Assembly (NCBI GenBank): GCA_036397015.1
Contig: DASWJT010000146.1
Location: 10,378-74,377, forward strand
Reading direction: 5' to 3'
Length of the DNA: 64,000 bases
Source of the DNA: Thermoanaerobaculia bacterium
GTDB taxonomy: Bacteria; Acidobacteriota; Thermoanaerobaculia; Multivoradales; JAGPDF01
How positions within the stretch are numbered: the first letter of the stretch is position 1; each line of letters opens with the position of its first letter. Under the pieces are notes generated by a model. It was not told the DNA's origin and did not search any database. It was given only the letters and a program-made list of their open reading frames with translations. This document shows positions 1 to 11,367 of this stretch, one piece after another. The translations under genes and the position numbers were made by a program.

Positions 1-150
1 GGCGCGCAGGATGGCGGCGGGCCCGGCGGCCGTGCCGTGACCGTAGGAGACGGTGCGCTCGAACGGCACCGGCAGGACCACGGCGCGCGCCGAGCGGTAG
101 TCCGACTGCACCGCGGGCAGCAGGCCGAAGTTGGTGGGCAGCGAGGGCAC
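1..150 (-). CDS. speB: agmatinase / ureohydrolase-family protein, N-terminal 50 codons (gene runs off the left edge)
   Basis: It is absent from the ORF track because it is edge-truncated. The reverse frame opens after TAG (162-160) and starts at GTG 150-148. It translates to VPSLPTNFGLLPAVQSDYRSARAVVLPVPFERTVSYGHGTAAGPAAILRA, which resembles the N-terminal PxPFxxTxSxxxGxxxGPxAIR region of arginase/agmatinase enzymes. It lies downstream of speA and malQ on the same strand. Confidence 0.55.
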   Translation of the reverse strand, partial: MPSLPTNFGLLPAVQSDYRSARAVVLPVPFERTVSYGHGTAAGPAAILRA

Positions 151-182
151 GGCGGCTTTCTAGCAGCGGCGCGGCGCGAGGG

Positions 183-1786
<1,604 letters not shown>

Positions 1787-1790
<4 letters not shown>

Positions 1791-3703
1791 TCGCGCTCGA
1801 GGTAGGTGTAGCCGGCGAGCCCCTGCTCGTAGGCCTTCAGCAGGTGGCGCGACTCCTCGAAGGTCAGCTTGCCGGCGCGCAGGGCGCGTTCGGCGGCCTG
1901 ACGCACGCGCGTCACGAGATCGGCGCGGTCGTAGCTCACGTACTTGAGCACGTCGGCGACGTTGTCGCCGGTCAGCACGTGGTCGATGTGGTAGCCGCCG
2001 CCCGGCGGGATGCTGACGTGCAGCGTGTTGGTGTCGCCGAAGAGGTTGTGCAGGTCGCCGAGGATCTCCTGGTAGGCGCCGACGAGGAAGATGCCGAGGT
2101 AGTAATCGTCGTCGCCGAGCGGGTGGAGCTCGAGCACCGGCTTGACGTCGCGGCGATCGATGAAGCTCTCGATCTTGCCGTCCGAGTCGCAGGTGATGTC
2201 GGCGAGAACGGCGCGGCGCGCCGGCTCCTCGTCGAGGCGATGGATCGGCACCACCGGGAAGAGCTGGTCGATCGCCCACGCGTCGGGGAGCGACTGGAAG
2301 ACGGAGAAGTTGCAGAAGTAGATGTCGGCGAGCTGGCGCTCCAGACCCTCGAGCTCCTCGGGCGTCTCGTTCGACTCGCGCAGCAGGCGCAGGATCTTGA
2401 GGCTCAGCGCCCAGTAGATGTCCTCGCCGAGCACGCGCTCGGTGAGCGTCAGGTGATTGAGGTTGTAGAGCGAGAGGATCTCGTCGCGGTAGCCGACGGC
2501 GTCGTGGTAGGCCTCGAGCAGGTTCTTGCGGCTGACCTCGCGATAGGTGTCGTGCAGATAGCGGATCGGCGTCGGCGTCTCCTCGGGGAGCCGCTCCGGG
2601 AGCTGGCCGACGCGGAACTCGCCGACGCCGAGCACGTCGACGACGAGAATGGCGTGGTGCGCCACCAGCGCCCGCCCCGATTCCGAGACCAGTGTCGGGT
2701 GCGGCACGCCGTCGGCGTCGCACTGCTCGAGGGTGCCGAAGACGACGTCGTTGGCGTACTCCTGGAGCGTGTAGTTCATCGACGAGCTGAAGTTGGTCTG
2801 CGAGCCGTCGTAGTCGATGCCGAGGCCGCCGCCGACGTCGAGGTAGCCGAGCGGGGCGCCGAGCTTGTAGAGCTCGCAGTAAGTTCGCGCCGCCTCGCGC
2901 AGCGCTTCCTTGACATTGCGGATCGACGACACCTGGCTGCCGAGATGGAAGTGCAGGAGCTGCACGCAGTCGAGCAGGCCGCGCTCGTCGAGCAGCCTGA
3001 GCGCCTCGACCAGGCCGCGGGAGCTGAGGCCGAACTTCGAGCGGTCGCCGCCGGAGGCCTCCCAGTGCCCGGCGCCGCGCGCCGAGAGCCGCGACCGCAT
3101 GCCGATCGCCGGCCGGATGCCGGTGCGCTCGGAGAGGTCGGCGATGAGGTCCAGCTCCGAGAACTTCTCGACGACGAGGACGACGTGCAGGCCGAGCTTC
3201 GAGGCGAGCAGCGCCGTCTCGACGTACTCCTCGTCCTTGTAGCCGTTGCAGACGACGAGCGCCTCGGGGTCGTCGAGCATCGCCATGACGGCGAGCAGCT
3301 CGGGCTTGGAGCCGGCCTCGAGGCCGAAGCTGTAAGGCCGGCCGGCCTCCACCAGCGTCTCGACGACGTAGCGCTCCTGGTTGACCTTGATCGGGTAGAC
3401 GCCGCGGTAGGTACCCCGGTAGCCGTACTCGGCGATGGCGCGGCGGAACGACTCGTTGAGCTCCTCGACGCGCGCCCGGAGGATCTCCGAGGAGCGGATG
3501 AGCAGGGGCGGGGCGATGCCGCGACGGCGCACTTCGGCGACCAACTCCGAGAGGTCGAGAGCGTCGGCGCCGGGCCCGCCGGGCTGCACGATGAGCCGCC
3601 CCTTCTCGTTGACGGAGAAGTACCGGTTGCCCCACTGGCGGATGTTGTAGAGGTCGAGGGAGTCCTCGACCGACCACTTGCGTGGCGTGGTGAGCGTCGC
3701 CAT
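1787..3703 (-). CDS. speA: biosynthetic arginine decarboxylase (PLP-dependent)
   Basis: 638-aa ORF. Motifs seen: WSVEDSLDLYNIRQWGNRYFSVN, GVYPIKVNQ (PLP lysine region), LHFHLGSQ, LDVGGGLGIDYDGS, CDSDG. Confidence 0.95.
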
Positions 3704-3854
3704 GCGAGCCTCCAGCTGCGGAGCGCCGGATCACCGCGGCGCGAGCGGAAACTCTAGCACCCGCTGCGGCGGTCGGACGGTGCGCGGCGTGCGGCCGGGG
3801 AGCGGCGGGCGGCGCGCGTGCTCGCCCGGGAGCGCGTGTGGGTAGACTCGCGCC

Positions 3855-4496
3855 ATGCGCTCCGATCCGCTCGCCGACGCGCAGCGCGAGTCGATCCGTC
3901 GCGCCGTCGAGGGCGTCGAGCGGACGAGCGGCGCCGAGCTCGTGCCGGTGCTCGTCGCGCGCTCCGATGCGTATCGCATCGCCGACTGGCGCGGGGCGAC
4001 AGCGGGCGCCGTCGCCGGCGGCGTCGTGCACGCGCTGGCGCCCGAGCTGGCGGGCTGGAGCGCGTTGGCGCCTGTCGCACCCCTCGCCTGGATCGCAGCG
4101 GGCGCGCTCGCCGCGGCGCTCGCCGCGCGTTGGCCGGCGCTGCGCCGGGCGCTGGCGGGCGGCGAGGAGCTCGCCGCGCGGACGGCCGCCGGCGCTCGCG
4201 CGGCCTTCCTCGCCAACGAGGTGTTCCGTACGCGCGACCGCACGGGCGTGCTGATTTACGTCTCGCTTTTCGAGCGGCGCGTCGAGATTCTCGCCGACGA
4301 GGGCGTCTACCGCGCCGTGCCGCCGCCGGTGTGGGAGCGGCTGGCGAGCGAGATCGCCGCGACCATGAAGCGCTCGCGCCCCGAGCAGGCGATGCTCGAT
4401 GCCCTTCGCCGCGCCGGCGAGCTCGTCGCCGAGCACGGACCGCGGCGGCGCAGCGACGACGCCAACGAGCTGCCCGACGCGCCGGTCGGCGGCTGA
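3855..4496 (+). CDS. TPM-domain (TLP18.3/Psb32/MOLO-1 type) membrane protein
   Basis: 213-aa ORF with high GC3. It has central hydrophobic helices and a C-terminal TPM-like block (DRTGVLIYVSLFERRVEILADEGV). It is divergent from speA. Confidence 0.6.
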   Translation: MRSDPLADAQRESIRRAVEGVERTSGAELVPVLVARSDAYRIADWRGATAGAVAGGVVHALAPELAGWSALAPVAPLAWIAAGALAAALAARWPALRRALAGGEELAARTAAGARAAFLANEVFRTRDRTGVLIYVSLFERRVEILADEGVYRAVPPPVWERLASEIAATMKRSRPEQAMLDALRRAGELVAEHGPRRRSDDANELPDAPVGG

Positions 4497-4565
4497 GCGC
4501 CGGCCGGAGCCGGGCCGCGTGCTAATCTCGTCGTCCTCTCGTTCGTTGCGAGGAGAGCCCATCCG

Positions 4566-5348
4566 ATGTCCGAGCCCGTCGTTCCGCCGCCCCCGCCCGC
4601 CGTCCCCGGCGCCGCCGCTCCCAAGCAGGGCTTGTCGACCGGCGCCAAGATCGCGATCGGCTGCCTTCTGGCTCTGCTGCTGCTCGCCGGCGGCTGCTTC
4701 GTCGTCAGCGCCTTCTTCTTCCAGAAGGCGAAGGGGTTCATCGAGGACGTCGAGAAGGATCCGGAGGCGGCCGCGGTCAAGGCCGTCGAGCTGATGATGC
4801 GGCTGAACCCCGAGGTCGAGGTCCTCACTTCGGACCCCGAGGCGGGTACGATCACGCTGCGCGAGAAGCGCACCGGCAAGGTGGTGACCTTCAACGCCGA
4901 GGATCTCAAGTTGGGCAAGGTCTCGTTCGAGTCCGAGGGCGAGCGCATCGCGATCGACGCCGACGAGGGCGGCGATGGCGAGCCGGGTCGCCTGCGCGTC
5001 GCGTCGGACGATCGCGAGATGGTCTTCGGCGCCGACGCCGACGCGGTGCCCGCCTGGGTGCCCCGCTATCCGGGCGGCCGCGCCGAGTCGTTCTCGACCG
5101 TCCAAGCGCCGGGCGAGCTCAGTGGCACCTTCACCATCCACACCGCGGACTCGGCGGACGAGGTCCTAGCCTTCTACGAGCGCGAGCTCGAAGCGGCCGG
5201 CTTCGAGGTCGAGAAGTCGAGCCTGCGGTCGGAGACGGCGACGGGCGGCAACCTGACGGCGAGAGCGGGCAGCCGGTCGCTCAACATCGCGCTGGCGTCG
5301 CAGGAGGGCGAGACGCAGGGCCTCGTCGCCTACGCCGAGAAACGCTAG
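4566..5348 (+). CDS. hypothetical membrane-anchored protein
   Basis: 260-aa ORF with a Pro-rich N-terminus and one TM helix (IAIGCLLALLLLAGGCFVVSAFFF). The soluble domain ends in a YPGG...FY..EL..AGF type module. Codon bias is consistent with coding, and I recognise no family. Confidence 0.6.
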   Translation: MSEPVVPPPPPAVPGAAAPKQGLSTGAKIAIGCLLALLLLAGGCFVVSAFFFQKAKGFIEDVEKDPEAAAVKAVELMMRLNPEVEVLTSDPEAGTITLREKRTGKVVTFNAEDLKLGKVSFESEGERIAIDADEGGDGEPGRLRVASDDREMVFGADADAVPAWVPRYPGGRAESFSTVQAPGELSGTFTIHTADSADEVLAFYERELEAAGFEVEKSSLRSETATGGNLTARAGSRSLNIALASQEGETQGLVAYAEKR

Positions 5349-5414
5349 GCGGAGAGCAGACACCGCCCGCGCCCGGGAGCTCACGGCGCGCGGGAGCCCT
5401 CGTCGCTCGATCTC

Positions 5415-6275
5415 ATGCTCGGAAGACAACGACACGGCTCGACGATCTGCCCGTCCTGCGGACGGCTGGTCGGAGTGCGCGACGCGGTCTGCCTTAGCTG
5501 TGGCGCGCGCAATCCGGCGCTCTTCGGATTCGGGCCCGCCTTGCGCCGGCTCGGCGGCGACCTCGCGCTCGCCAATCTGCTGCTCGTCGGCTGCGCCGCG
5601 TTCTACGTGATTTCGCTCCTGCTCTCGCCGGGCGCGCTCCAGCCGCGCGGGCTGACCGGACTACTGGCGCCGAGCTGGCCGGCGCTCTTCCTGCTCGGCG
5701 GCAGCGGCGCCGAGCCGGTCTTCGGCTACGGGCGGTGGTGGACGGTGCTCTCCGCCGGCTGGCTGCACGGCGGGCTGCTGCACATCGGCTTCAATTTGAT
5801 GTGGGTGCGCGATCTGGCGCCGGCCGTGGCGCGGCTCTACGGCACGGGACGCCTGCTGCTGATCTACCTCGCCGCCGGCGTCGGCGGCTTCGCCATCACT
5901 TCGCTGGTGGCGCTCGCCGCGCCCGGCCTGCCGTTCTTCCTGCACGGCGGCATGCGCACGATCGGCGCCTCGGCGTCGCTCTTCGGCCTCTTCGGCGCGC
6001 TCGTCTGTTACGGCCAGCGCACCGGCCAGAGCGGACTGCGCCAGATGGTGTGGAAGTGGGTGGCGATCGGCGTCGTCTTCGGCGTCGTCTTCCCGGGCAT
6101 CGACAACTGGGCGCACGCCGGCGGCTTCGCCACCGGCTGGCTGGTGGCGCGGATCCTCGATCCCCTGCGCGAGGAGAAGCCGGCGCACGTCCTCGCTGGC
6201 CTCGCCGGCCTCGTCGCCTCGCTGCTCGCCGTCGTCGCTTCGGTGGTGACGGCGCTGCCACTGCTGCGGGGCTGA
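5415..6275 (+). CDS. rhomboid-family intramembrane serine protease with N-terminal zinc-ribbon
   Basis: The N-terminus has CPSCG...CLSCG. Rhomboid motifs are present: WLHGGLLHIGFNLM (HxxxN), GASASLFGLFGA (GxSxxxF catalytic Ser) and HAGGFATG (catalytic His). Confidence 0.9.
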   Translation: MLGRQRHGSTICPSCGRLVGVRDAVCLSCGARNPALFGFGPALRRLGGDLALANLLLVGCAAFYVISLLLSPGALQPRGLTGLLAPSWPALFLLGGSGAEPVFGYGRWWTVLSAGWLHGGLLHIGFNLMWVRDLAPAVARLYGTGRLLLIYLAAGVGGFAITSLVALAAPGLPFFLHGGMRTIGASASLFGLFGALVCYGQRTGQSGLRQMVWKWVAIGVVFGVVFPGIDNWAHAGGFATGWLVARILDPLREEKPAHVLAGLAGLVASLLAVVASVVTALPLLRG

Positions 6276-6285
6276 GGAGACGCCG

Positions 6286-8127
6286 CTGGCCGAGAAGAAG
6301 AAGATCCGCTACGACCAGGCCTGGCGCGAGGCGCGCGAGCTCGTCTGGCGCCATCGCCGGCGGCTGCTCGTCGCCTTCGGCCTGCTCGTCGTCGGCCGGC
6401 TCGCCGGCCTGGTGCTGCCGGCCTCCTCGAAGTACCTCATCGACGAGGTGCTCGGCAAGGCGCGCTTCGAGCTGCTGCTGCCGATCGCCCTCGCCGCCGG
6501 CGCGGCGACGATTCTGCAGGCGGCGACCTCGTTCGCGCTGTCGCAGCTGCTCGGCGTGGCGGCGCAGCGCGAGATCGCCGAGATGCGCAAGCGGCTGCAC
6601 GCGCACGTGCTGCGGCTGCCGACGAGCTTTTTCGACTCGACGAAGAGCGGCGAGCTGATCACGCGCGTGATGAGCGACGCGGAGGGGATCCGCAACCTGG
6701 TCGGCACCGGCCTCGTGCAGCTCGCCGGCGGCTTTCTCACCGCCGGCCTGGCCTTCGGCGTGCTGCTCTGGCTCAACTGGCAGCTGACGCTGGTCAACAT
6801 CGTCGTGGTGGGGGCCTTCGGCGGCGGTCTCGCCTACGCCTTCCGCCGCCTGCGGCCGATCTTCCGCGAGCGCAGCAAGATTCAGGCGGAAGTGACCGGC
6901 CGCCTCGGCGAATCGATGGGCGGCGTGCGCGTCGTCAAGGCCTACACCGCCGAGCCGGAGGAAGAGCGCATCTTCGGCCGCGGCGCCGACCGGCTTTTCC
7001 ACAACATCCGCCGCACGATGACCGGCGTCTCGGCGGTGACGGCGTCGTCGACGGCCCTTCTCGGCATCGTCGGCACGCTCCTCATCGTCTTCGGAGCGCG
7101 GGCGATCCAGAGCGGCGAGATGACGCTCGGCGATCTCGCCATGTACGTCTTGTTCACCGGCATGCTGGTGCAGCCGATCGCCGAGATCGCGGCGATCGGC
7201 ACCCAGCTCACCGAGGCCTTCGCCGGTCTCGACCGCATCCGCGAGATCTTCGGCCGCGCCACCGAGGAGGCCGACGACGGCGACAAGCGCCCGGTGGCGA
7301 TGCTGCGCGGCGACGTCGCCTTGGAGGATGTCGAGTTCGCCTACGAAGCGGGCCAGCCGGTTCTGCGCGGCATCTCGTTCGCGGCGCGGGCAGGGACGAC
7401 GACGGCGCTGGTCGGCTCCTCGGGCTCGGGCAAGAGCACGATCCTCGGGCTGCTTCTCGCGTTCCACCATCCGCAGCGCGGCCGGATCCTCGTCGACGGC
7501 GAAGACCTCGCCACGCTGCGCCTGCGCGAGTACCGGCGGCACCTCGGCGCAGTCTTCCAGGAGAACTTCCTCTTCGACGGCTCGATCGCCGAGAACATCG
7601 CCTACTCGCTGCCGGCCGCCTCGCGCGAGGAGATCGTCGCCGCCGCTCGCGTCGCGCACTGCGACGAGTTCGTCGAGCGCTTCGAGAAGGGCTACGACAC
7701 CATCGTCGGCGAGCGCGGCGTCAAGCTCTCCGGCGGGCAGCGTCAGCGCGTGGCGATCGCGCGCGCCGTGCTCGCCGACCCGGCGATCCTCATCCTCGAC
7801 GAGGCGACGTCGAGCCTCGACTCGGAGAGCGAGGCGATGATCCAGGACGGCCTGGCGCGCTTGCGCGCCGGACGGACGACGTTCGTCATCGCGCACCGGC
7901 TGTCGACGATTCGCAGCGCCGATCAGATCCTGGTCGTGGAGGAGGGGAGGGTCGTCGAGCGCGGCCGGCACGCGGCGCTGCTGGCGCTCGGCGGGCGTTA
8001 CCGCGAGCTGTACGACCGCCAGTACCGGTTGGAGAGCGACCGCTTCGTCAACCCGGGCGAGGACTTCACCCCCGAGCCCGAGCACGACGGCGCCGTCCTG
8101 CCGGTGCCGTCGCCCGACCGCCTGTGA
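6286..8127 (+). CDS. ABC transporter, fused permease/ATP-binding protein (ABCB/MsbA-like exporter)
   Basis: Motifs: Walker A GSSGSGKST, signature LSGGQRQR, Walker B ILILDEATSSLD, H-loop VIAHRLST, and a six-helix TMD. The track ORF starts at GTG 6412, which would delete TM1 (RRLLVAFGLLVVGRLAGLVLP). The only plausible start is CTG 6286, which sits 6 nt downstream of GAGGAG (6274-6279). The stop is certain; the start is inferred. Confidence 0.85.
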   Translation: MAEKKKIRYDQAWREARELVWRHRRRLLVAFGLLVVGRLAGLVLPASSKYLIDEVLGKARFELLLPIALAAGAATILQAATSFALSQLLGVAAQREIAEMRKRLHAHVLRLPTSFFDSTKSGELITRVMSDAEGIRNLVGTGLVQLAGGFLTAGLAFGVLLWLNWQLTLVNIVVVGAFGGGLAYAFRRLRPIFRERSKIQAEVTGRLGESMGGVRVVKAYTAEPEEERIFGRGADRLFHNIRRTMTGVSAVTASSTALLGIVGTLLIVFGARAIQSGEMTLGDLAMYVLFTGMLVQPIAEIAAIGTQLTEAFAGLDRIREIFGRATEEADDGDKRPVAMLRGDVALEDVEFAYEAGQPVLRGISFAARAGTTTALVGSSGSGKSTILGLLLAFHHPQRGRILVDGEDLATLRLREYRRHLGAVFQENFLFDGSIAENIAYSLPAASREEIVAAARVAHCDEFVERFEKGYDTIVGERGVKLSGGQRQRVAIARAVLADPAILILDEATSSLDSESEAMIQDGLARLRAGRTTFVIAHRLSTIRSADQILVVEEGRVVERGRHAALLALGGRYRELYDRQYRLESDRFVNPGEDFTPEPEHDGAVLPVPSPDRL

Positions 8128-8170
8128 GCAGGGTGTGGCCGGCGCCGGCGCCTGCGGCTACACTTCGGAC

Positions 8171-9322
8171 ATGAATCGCCGGGCGGGCGGGCTCCTCCTC
8201 GGCAGCGCACTCGTTGCCCTCGCCGCTCCGGCGGCGGGCCAGGAGTGGCGGGGGCCCGAGGAGTTGGAGGTGCGGGTCGAGGACGCCAAGGGGCGGGGCC
8301 TGGCCGGCGCCGAGGTCGTGCTCGAGTACGCGGGGCGGGAGCTGGGCGGTCCCGCCCCCATGCTCACCGATGCCAAGGGCCGGCTCGCGGTCGGCGGCCT
8401 GCTGCCCGGCCGCTGGGCGCTCGAGGTGCGCAAGCCGGGATACATGAGCTTTCGCGCCGAGATCGCCCTCGCCGGCGACGAGAAGCCGGAGATCGTTCTC
8501 GCCTCGCAGCACAACGTGCCCGGGGCGGTGTCGACGATGCGCGTGCGCATCGCCCGCTCCCGCGGCGCCCCGCCAGCGCCGGTGCGGGTCGAGCGCGCGG
8601 CGCCCGCCCCGCCGGCCAGAGCCGGCGTGGCTCCCGCGGCTCCGGCGGCGCCAGCGCACGTCGCGCCGCCGTCCGCTCCGGCGCCGGCCGCGCCGCCTCC
8701 CGGCCCACCGAGTCCGGCGTCGGTGCCAGCGGAGAGGGCGCCGGCGCCACCGACCGCCGCGACCGCGCCGGCGCTGCCAACTCCCACTGCCGCTCCGCTG
8801 CCCACCCCGGCGGCGCCAGTTCCCGCGTCCGAGTCGGCGCCGCCGACGCCGCGGGTTCCCGCACCACCGGCCAGGCCCGCGGCACCGGCGGCGCGGGTCA
8901 TGGCGGCGGCGCCGATCGCGCGCGCCTGTTACGAATGCCGCCCCGGCGAATCGGCACTGCTCGCCGAGAGCGAGATCGCGGCGGGGGGAGCGGGCTGCCC
9001 GAGCGATCTGGCGGCGCGGCTGGCGTCGCTCTCCCGCGCCGATCTCGTCGGCTTCGCGGCGTCGCTGCCGGGCGGTTGCGCGGTGATGGTGGTGGACCTG
9101 CCGGCCAACGCGCGCTACGTCGGCTTCCGCTTCGAGGCGGCGGGCGGCAACGGCCGGAGCGAGGACTGCCTGCCCGGCCGCGAATGCCCGGCCGGCGCTT
9201 GCCGCTTCCCGAGCGAGCCGGTGATCCGCGAGGAGTCGGGAGCGACCTGGCTGCTCGCCGCCTTCGAGAGCGCCGCAGCGCGCCGCGGCGGTTTCACGGT
9301 GTACTGGCGGCGCACCCGCTAG
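8171..9322 (+). CDS. secreted protein: carboxypeptidase-regulatory-like N-domain, long Pro/Ala linker, Cys-rich C-domain
   Basis: ATG 8171 gives a signal peptide (MNRRAGGLLLGSALVALAAPAAG). The N-domain is EVRVEDAKGRGLAGAEVVL...TDAKGRLAVGGLLPGRWALEVRKPGY. About 150 aa of P/A-rich spacer follows. The C-domain has 8 Cys (CYECRPGE, GCPSD, GGCAV, DCLPGRECPAGACRF). Confidence 0.7.
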   Translation: MNRRAGGLLLGSALVALAAPAAGQEWRGPEELEVRVEDAKGRGLAGAEVVLEYAGRELGGPAPMLTDAKGRLAVGGLLPGRWALEVRKPGYMSFRAEIALAGDEKPEIVLASQHNVPGAVSTMRVRIARSRGAPPAPVRVERAAPAPPARAGVAPAAPAAPAHVAPPSAPAPAAPPPGPPSPASVPAERAPAPPTAATAPALPTPTAAPLPTPAAPVPASESAPPTPRVPAPPARPAAPAARVMAAAPIARACYECRPGESALLAESEIAAGGAGCPSDLAARLASLSRADLVGFAASLPGGCAVMVVDLPANARYVGFRFEAAGGNGRSEDCLPGRECPAGACRFPSEPVIREESGATWLLAAFESAAARRGGFTVYWRRTR

Positions 9323-9335
9323 CGCCGTCCGCGCC

Positions 9336-11357
9336 TCACTGGGCGAGCCGCTCCACCTCGACGCGAGCGTCGTTGAAGCAGGCGCCGTCGCCGAGGTCGG
9401 TGAAGGAGTCGGGCGCCAGGGCGTTGGCGGTGGCGCCGTTCTCGGTGTGGCGGGCCCACAGCCCCTTCGGCAGCTCGACGACGCCCGTGCGCACCGCGTC
9501 GCTGACGCGGGCGCGCGTCACGACCTCGCCGAGCGCGTTCCAGATTCGCACGCGATCGCCGCTGGCGATGCTGCGCGCGCCGGCGTCGACAGGATGAATC
9601 GCCAAGCGCGCCGGATCGCGGCGCAGCTGCCCGAGAGTCGACGAGATCGTGCGGTTGGTCGCCGGCGAAACGAGCGCGAGCGGGAACTCGGCGGTCGCCG
9701 GGTCGGGCTGAAAGGCGTAGAGGCCGCGGGGCGCCTCGGCGTCGAGCTCGTCGGGCGCCAGGTGGATTTTGCGATCGGCGGTGCGCGGGAAGACGTCGAC
9801 GAATTGCACGGGAGCGCCGCCGTTCAGCGGCTCGGCATAGCCCTGCGCGGCGAGGGCGTCGCGCAGCGCTCGACCGCGCCCGGTCGAGTCGAGCAGGCGA
9901 TCGACCGCCTCGCGTTCGCTCGGGATCTCATCCGGCCGCGCCAGGCCCGTGCGCACGGCCAGCTCGGCGAACACCTCGTAGTTCGGGCGCGCTTCTCCCA
10001 CCGGCGGGATCACCGGCTCGATCTCGTGCAGCACGTAGGCGCCGTAACCGCGGGCGAGCTCACGGTGCTCGAGGAAGGTGGTCGCCGGCAGCACGACGTC
10101 GGCGTAGCGCGCAGTGTCGGTCCACACGGCGTCGAAGACGACGGTGAAGAGGTCCTCGCGCTCGAGGCCGCGGCGCACCAGGCTCTGGTTGGGGGTGGTG
10201 GCGAGCGCGTTCGAGTTGTAGACGAAGAGCGCCTCGATCGGCGGATCGGCGAGCGCGGTGAGCGCCTCGCCGAGGCGATTCATGTTGATCCGCCGCGTCG
10301 CGGGCTCGCGCCCGGCAATCGACGAAGCATCGAACTTCCACGCCGCCGAGTTGGACATCGTGTAGCCGCCGCCGCGGACGCCGAACTTGCCCGCCACGGC
10401 GGGCAGCGCGAGCACCGCGGCGACGGCCGAGCCGCCGTTGCGGTTGCGCTCGAGGCCCCAGCCGCAGCGGACGACCGCCGGCGACGAGTCGGCGTAGACC
10501 GCGACGAAGCGCCGCAGGTCGTCCGCCGCGAGGCCGGCGACCTCGGCCGCGCACTCGATCGTCCACGGCTCGGCGCGCGCACGCAGCTCCTCCCAGCCGA
10601 CGGCGTGGGCGGACAGGAAATCGAGGTCGGCTCGTCCGCTGGCGAAGAGCTCGCGGACCACCGCCAGCGCCACGGCGACGTCGCTGCCCGGGCGCACCGC
10701 GAGGTGGAGGTCGGCCTGCGCGGCGAGCTGGATGCGCCGGGGATCGACGACCACCAGCCGTGCGCCGCGTTCGCGCGCGCGCTGGATCGGTGGCACGAGG
10801 TGGATCCCAGAGGCGTGCGGGTTCATCCCCCAGACGACGACGAGCCGCGCGTGCTCGTAGTCGCCGAGGGCGACGCCCTCCATCTTGCCGTAGAGCCCCA
10901 TCGCGGCGCGGCCGCTCGGCGCCGCGCAAACGGTGCGCGCCAGTCGCGAAGCGCCGAGCCGGCGGAAGAGCAGCGCGTCGGTCGTGTCCTGGGTGAGGAG
11001 GCCGTTCGAGCCGCCGTAGGAGTAAGGGAGGATCGCCTCGCCGCCGCAGCGGTCGCGGACCTCGGCGAGACGGCGCGCCACGAGCTCGAGCGCTTCGTCC
11101 CAGCCGATGGGTGCGAAGGCGCCGGCGCCCTTCGGGCCGACGCGCTGGTGCGGCCGCGCGACGCGCTCGTCGCCGTGCACGTGCTCGGGCAGCCTGCGGA
11201 CCTTCGAGCAGATGAAACCGGCGGTGAGCGGGTTGCGGTCGGCCGCGCCCTCGACGCGCCGCACGCGGCCAGCTTCGACGGTGACATCGAGGCTGCAGGC
11301 ATCGGGGCAGTCGAGCGGACAGGCGCTGCGGCGGATCGCGGTCGCGGCGGTGGCCAT
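9336..11357 (-). CDS. molybdopterin-dependent oxidoreductase (MopB superfamily) with N-terminal 4Fe-4S motif
   Basis: 673-aa ORF. It has CPLDCPDACSL near the N-terminus, a central MopB-like core, and a C-terminal molybdopterin dinucleotide-binding-type barrel (RVRIWNALGEVVTRARVSDAVRTGVVELPKGLW). There is no in-frame TGA. Confidence 0.88.
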   Translation of the reverse strand: MATAATAIRRSACPLDCPDACSLDVTVEAGRVRRVEGAADRNPLTAGFICSKVRRLPEHVHGDERVARPHQRVGPKGAGAFAPIGWDEALELVARRLAEVRDRCGGEAILPYSYGGSNGLLTQDTTDALLFRRLGASRLARTVCAAPSGRAAMGLYGKMEGVALGDYEHARLVVVWGMNPHASGIHLVPPIQRARERGARLVVVDPRRIQLAAQADLHLAVRPGSDVAVALAVVRELFASGRADLDFLSAHAVGWEELRARAEPWTIECAAEVAGLAADDLRRFVAVYADSSPAVVRCGWGLERNRNGGSAVAAVLALPAVAGKFGVRGGGYTMSNSAAWKFDASSIAGREPATRRINMNRLGEALTALADPPIEALFVYNSNALATTPNQSLVRRGLEREDLFTVVFDAVWTDTARYADVVLPATTFLEHRELARGYGAYVLHEIEPVIPPVGEARPNYEVFAELAVRTGLARPDEIPSEREAVDRLLDSTGRGRALRDALAAQGYAEPLNGGAPVQFVDVFPRTADRKIHLAPDELDAEAPRGLYAFQPDPATAEFPLALVSPATNRTISSTLGQLRRDPARLAIHPVDAGARSIASGDRVRIWNALGEVVTRARVSDAVRTGVVELPKGLWARHTENGATANALAPDSFTDLGDGACFNDARVEVERLAQ

Positions 11358-11367
11358 CGTCGGGTCC

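Noticed and set aside
1791-5141. Upstream two-thirds of the 1652-aa minus-strand ORF (183..5141)
   Set aside because: Only the last 535 aa (malQ) look like protein. The rest is Arg/Ala/Pro/Gly-rich shadow-frame sequence. It overlaps speA in another frame and runs antisense to the TPM and membrane-protein genes. This is typical of stop-poor off-frames in high-GC DNA.
8560-8900. Possible tandem DNA repeat or CRISPR-like periodicity in the GC-rich CCG/GCG stretch (the same impression arises at 50940-51240)
   Set aside because: Reading the bases shows no exact repeated unit and no spacer structure. The periodicity is the codon periodicity of Pro/Ala-rich linkers inside two ORFs.
9336-11357. Selenocysteine-containing formate dehydrogenase
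   Set aside because: The ORF is uninterrupted, with no in-frame TGA and no SECIS-like context. It is a generic MopB-family enzyme, and the substrate cannot be assigned from sequence alone.
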